Assembly: GCF_009914755.1 (NCBI RefSeq) | Contig: NC_060937.1 | DNA length: 64,000 nucleotides | Strand: one strand, 5' to 3' | Source of the DNA: the human T2T-CHM13v2.0 reference genome, Homo sapiens | Shown here: one piece after another, positions 59,345-64,000 of the stretch | Numbering within the stretch: the stretch's first letter is position 1 | Layout: each line of letters begins with the position of its first letter | Notes under the pieces: generated by a model | Database searches by the model: none | What the model was told of the DNA's origin: nothing | The model's input: the letters and a program-made list of their open reading frames with translations, nothing else | Position numbers and translations under genes: made by a program

Positions 59345-60178
59345 GAACCACCATATGATTCACCAATCTCACTACTGGGAATTTATCGAAAGGAAAGAAA
59401 ATCATTATATTGAAGAGACATCTGCACCCCCATGTTTATTGAAGCACTATTCATAATAGACAAGATATAGAATGAAACTAGGTATCCTAACAACAAAGGA
59501 ATAGATAAAGAGAATGTGGTATATAGACGCAATGGGATACTATTTAGTCATAAAAAAGAATGAAATCATGTCATTGGTGGCAACATAGATGGAACTGGAG
59601 GATGTTATGTTAAATGAAATAAGCCAGGAACAGAATGTTAAACAATCATATGTGGAAGCTAAAAAAAGCTAGTATCTTAGAAGTAAAAAGTAGAGGCTGG
59701 GCGTGGTAGCTCATGCCTGTAATCTGAGCACTTTGGGAGGCGAAGGTGGGTGGATCACCTGAGGTTGAGTTTGAGACCAGCCTGGGCAACATGGCGAAAC
59801 CCCATCTCTACTAAAAATACAAAAATTAGCCGGGCGCGGTGGTGGGTGCCTGTAATCCCAGATACTTGGGAGGCTGAGGCAGGAAGAATCACTTGAACCT
59901 GGGAGGTGGAGGTTGCAGTAAGCCGAGATTGTGCCATTGCACTCCAGCCTGGGCAACACAGCAAGACTCTGTCTCAAGAAAAAAAAAAAGTGAAAAGTAG
60001 AACAGAGAATAATAGAGGCTGGAAAGGATAGGAGGAAGAGAGGGATAGGGAAAGATTGGTAAAGGATACAAATTTATTGTGATCTGATCTCTTTACATTA
60101 TATTTAACAATCTATTACTATACACCCATGAATAAATACATACACTTATTATTAGACCTTTAAAAAATTAAAAAAATA
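59345..60178 (+). mobile_element. L1MA (L1MA1-3-like) 3' segment
   Basis: gaaccaccatatgattc..., agacatctgcacccccatgtttattg, atggaactggagg, gattggtaaaggatacaaa; A-rich end. Confidence 0.85.
59695..59987 (+). mobile_element. Alu (AluSq/Sx-like) nested in L1MA
   Basis: Full dimer; TSD aagtaaaaagtaga (59681-59694) / aagtgaaaagtaga (59988-60001). Confidence 0.95.
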
Positions 60179-60320
60179 AGAGGAAGAGAGACCTGAGTTG
60201 ACATTCTTTTGCCCTCTCACCATGTGAAGTTCTTCTCTATGTTATGATCAGTAAGAAGGCCCTCAGCAGATATGGCCCCTCAATAGACTTAGACAACCCT
60301 ATTTTGTTCATAGTGACAGT
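60176..60320 (+). mobile_element. MST (MSTD-like) LTR, 3' part
   Basis: agaggaagagagacctgag...ttgccctctcaccatgtga...aagaaggccctcagcagat. Confidence 0.75.
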
Positions 60321-60379
60321 GAGCCCAGGTAAAGATTCCATGTGTAAGGCTTCTGTATAGTTAAGGGTGGCTTATTTCT

Positions 60380-60750
60380 GTTCTGAACAGTTACATATAC
60401 AGAAATGTACTGGATAAAGATTTAAGGAAAGTTATTGTTTTCCTAACTAAAAGTCAAAGTTCTTAAGAGATGTTCATTTTGGGGGCTTAATTCTCTTTTT
60501 TGTCTGCTGGGGACATGCATGTGATGTCTGTGGTACAAAAGCCATACTATGATTATAAAGGTAAAAGCCACAGGGTGACAATGACAAAGTGACAAGAAAG
60601 AAGAAAACTGCAACTCTTTGTTATAATTGAACTATTGTATTAGTCTTGCACTGCCTACTCTGGGGTTCATATTTTGTCAGAAAAAATATATCCTAACCTG
60701 ACTAAGCAACTCTAGTGATGGTTCTATAATATGTATTCCAACTTACACAG
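60380..60750 (+). mobile_element. Very old MLT1-type LTR
   Basis: gcatgtgatgtctg...gccatactatgattat...ctgcctactctgggg...gtcagaaaaaata. Confidence 0.35.
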
Positions 60751-62067
60751 CTATAAAGTCTAATTCCGTCTTAAGGTTTGTATAAATCACTAACTCATAT
60801 CTAAAGAGGTGGCTAGCCTCTTCTCAAACATGTATCTTGGACAATAATCATTAGTAAAAATTAAACTGAGCCCCCACTTTGCTGAGTAGTGTGGTGAGAC
60901 TAGTGGATGGAAGAGGAAGGAAGTTATGAATTAAATATTTGTGATGGACCCTGATTTCAGGATCCTAGAGCATTTTTAGCAAGACCTATTAAAGCAAGAG
61001 AGTATTGCATTTATTTATTTTTCCCTGAGAGATATCAAACGAGGCACATCAAAACTCTCTTGAAAAAGTGAAGTTGCAACAGAATTACATTTATTTTCTC
61101 TCAGTTTCTTCTGAACTTAAAGGATAATTGCTAATATATAAGCCCTCTTCGTCTAATGTAGAATGGCTTTCCTTATGTGGAAACTTTCATTCATGCCACA
61201 AATACCCATTGAATATACAATAACTGAGCTGTATGCAGGGATTATAAGGGAGGTCAAGAATGATTATTTTTTATTCAGAAAGCTTACGGAGTAATTGAAA
61301 TCATAGAGAAAAATGTTTTTATTATATCCTGCATCAACCTCTCATTATAAAGCAAGAAAACTCTCATCCCCTTTGTGATGATTCTCAGCATTATAAGGAG
61401 AGGTATGTTTTAATGTTTGTGTTTCTATATGTAGAATAATTTATTTTTTCTCAGTAAAATTAGCTTCAGATAATGAGTGCTGAAATTTTCCTGGGTCTAC
61501 ATACAACTGTTTGGTTATGTAAAATAAGCTAATTACTAAAGTGCAATCTCAGCATTCACATGAAAAATCATTGCTATAATAAAATGTAAATAGAAACATT
61601 TTGAATATTTTCAAAGAAAAAAATATACCTGAGGAGCTTAATTATATACAGGGATAAGTTCTTTCAAGTTTACAACCCACTTGAAATAAGCAAATAATGA
61701 GGAATGTGGTATCCATTCTCTCAAAACAACTCACGCACCTTATAAATATATATACCTACTGTGTACTCACAAAAATTAAAAGTAAAAAATAAAAATAAAA
61801 GTTTAAAGCCCTCTTGAAAAATTGCTTAAAGTATAATAAAATGTGTATAGTAATAATTATTTTTCTCCAGACATGTTTCTTATTTTCTGGTAATGCAGTT
61901 AATAGCCTCCATGCATTCAATCCAAGAACCAGAGATACAGTTTCACCCAAAGCACATGAACTTAAAATAGGAAGAGGGTGGCCCCCAGAAAAAAATGTTT
62001 GGGGAAATTTCACCCATTGTTAGGTATTAGAAATGCCAAATATGACCTTACAAATAGCAGCATGCTA

Positions 62068-62109
62068 ACACATGCACGTGCATGCACACGTGCACACACA
62101 CACACACAC
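62068..62109. repeat. Alternating purine-pyrimidine / (CA)n tract
   Basis: acacatgcacgtgcatgcacacgtgcacacacacacacacac. Confidence 0.85.
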
Positions 62110-63934
62110 CTGAAAATAAAGAAAAAAAAAGTTATTTTTACATCTGTGTTTATTAGCCATTATTTGTAATTCTAAAAATCCTGTAGGATTTTAAAAGAAA
62201 ACAAAATGCAAGATTTTCCCAAAAATAATATATATATATTTTCATTGTCTTCGTAAAATCTTCCAATCACCAATGTTTTTATAGTTCCACATTTTTATTC
62301 CTTTAAGATAGAATTCTGGACTGGCCATATTCAAGAAGAAATTAAATGTTAGAATCTTGTCAATAATGGTTGGAAACATTGATAGAAATCCCAATTAGAA
62401 CTGAGCATTTATTTCTTTTTTCTGGCATTTCTAGTATTACCAGATTTCTCAAATGACTGGCTTTTAAATAAATAACTAAAAATAGCTATCCATTCAAGGT
62501 AAGTTTGGCCTCAAATCCACAAATTCAGATTCTGGGCTAGATATACTGTAATGCTTTATTTTATAGGAAAGAGATCCATCTTTACAAATAATAGATACCT
62601 GTACTCTACATCGTAACTACATTGAAAACGTACTAACATAAAAGAATCTCACTGGTTTAAAAGTCAGTTTACGTTGATTTTTCAGATGTGCTGTATTCAG
62701 TGAAACTGCCTATGGAAACCACTTTAAACTTTCCATATTCCAGCCTTAGAAAACATTATACAGGAATAATAAACTTCAAAAAATTCTTCATATTTCCGTG
62801 ATATGTACTGTAGCATATCACATTACTTCCTAACCCTGTGTTTCACCTTTCCTTCCAATCTTTATCATTATTGTATTTTTAAAAACATCAATGTGTATGC
62901 CTTTTTCTGTTCCTGTACTGATCAGCTTGGACAAGCTGCATACTTTATTCAGCACAGACTGCTTTCCTCAAGTAGCTTTTGTAGTGAATGTATGTTATTT
63001 GACTCTAAGTTTGAAAGAAATAGAGACAATCAGGTTTTCTCAGGTGATAGGCATGTTATTGTAAAGATACTCAGGAAAGCAAGAAAGCACAGGAAATTGG
63101 CTCAGTCAGTTGCAAAGTCAGAATAGCGGAAAATCATTTTTGCTCAGGCTACAGTCAAAATTCTAAATACCCCAACAAAAATTCTAGCTATTGGCTGTGT
63201 TTTGATTCACCTTACCTCTTCTCCAACCCTCTGCTTATTTCTTCAGTTGACTCAGACTTAGCCCTGTTTTATTGTTTTTTGCTGATATGTGTTTCTATGG
63301 TCTGTATCTTGGTTTATGCTCTTCTGATCTGTCTTTGTTGGTTATGTGTTTCACATTGACTCTCCAAATGTTAAAACTGGTTTAATATATATGTATATAT
63401 ATATTAAATATCTTTATAATATCTTTATAATATTTTTATTGATTCAAGGAACGGTACACAACTATCTCATAAACCTCTACTCCAGCCTTTGGAGTTCACT
63501 TTCAGAGCAGATAACTGTCTTTTCTCAAATATGAGAAAAATTATTATTACTTGAGCAAAGCTATGATAATATATATATAAGAAGTCTCATCCAGCAGATT
63601 CATTTACAAAGGGTGGTGTAGTTAATAGCCTCTCTGAAACTTCCTGATAGCTATTATAAAGGAAATTTCTCTTAAATTTTTAAATGTTTGTAATTTTAAT
63701 GGATGTTGTTGTAGGATGGACAATCCAAGACCCTATTGCTGAGATTCCAGATGCTGCTGCAGATATATTGGCATATTCTGAAGATCTATTAATAACAACA
63801 TTGCTGATTTGTATGTCATTTGAAACTCTTAGTGTGCTTTGTGTAGGGGATAATTTAATGAGGTTAATCTTTATGATGTCTTCAATGAATGCATATAATT
63901 TAACTGTCAAATAAATATTGACTTAAAATAAATG

Positions 63935-64000
63935 ACATACATATATTTTTAATTGTTATATCTTGTTGCTGAATTGACTCCTTTATCGTTATATAATAAC
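63935..64000 (-). mobile_element. L1M ORF2 EN fragment running off the window
   Basis: aattgttatatcttgttgctgaattgactcctttatcgttatataat. Confidence 0.65.

Noticed and set aside
63680-63914. Overlapping 76-aa ORFs on both strands
   Set aside because: Short, no recognised homology or convincing splice context; may be decayed L1/HAL1 sequence

Overview
Eukaryotic, primate (probably human or another catarrhine, since an AluY is present) AT-rich DNA with no recognisable host protein-coding exon, RNA gene, CRISPR array or prokaryotic system. A large part of the window is transposon debris. It includes a full-length L1PA5-like element (- strand), a near full-length old L1MA (+ strand), a truncated ERV-L provirus, MaLR/ERV1/ERVL solo LTRs, Alus, L2/MIR fragments and a MER44 DNA transposon. 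All ORFs with recognisable products are decayed L1 ORF1/ORF2 pieces. Two structures stand out. (1) A ~1.47 kb quasi-palindrome at 21764-23237: 519/518-bp arms, 7 substitutions + 3 indels, 437-bp spacer, not matching any repeat I recognise. (2) The L1PA5 insertion, whose 16-bp TSD encloses a 5' Alu left-arm fragment and a 3' unique tag with a second poly(A). Subfamily names are from recalled consensus features, not a database search. I do not see evidence for a new multi-gene system.
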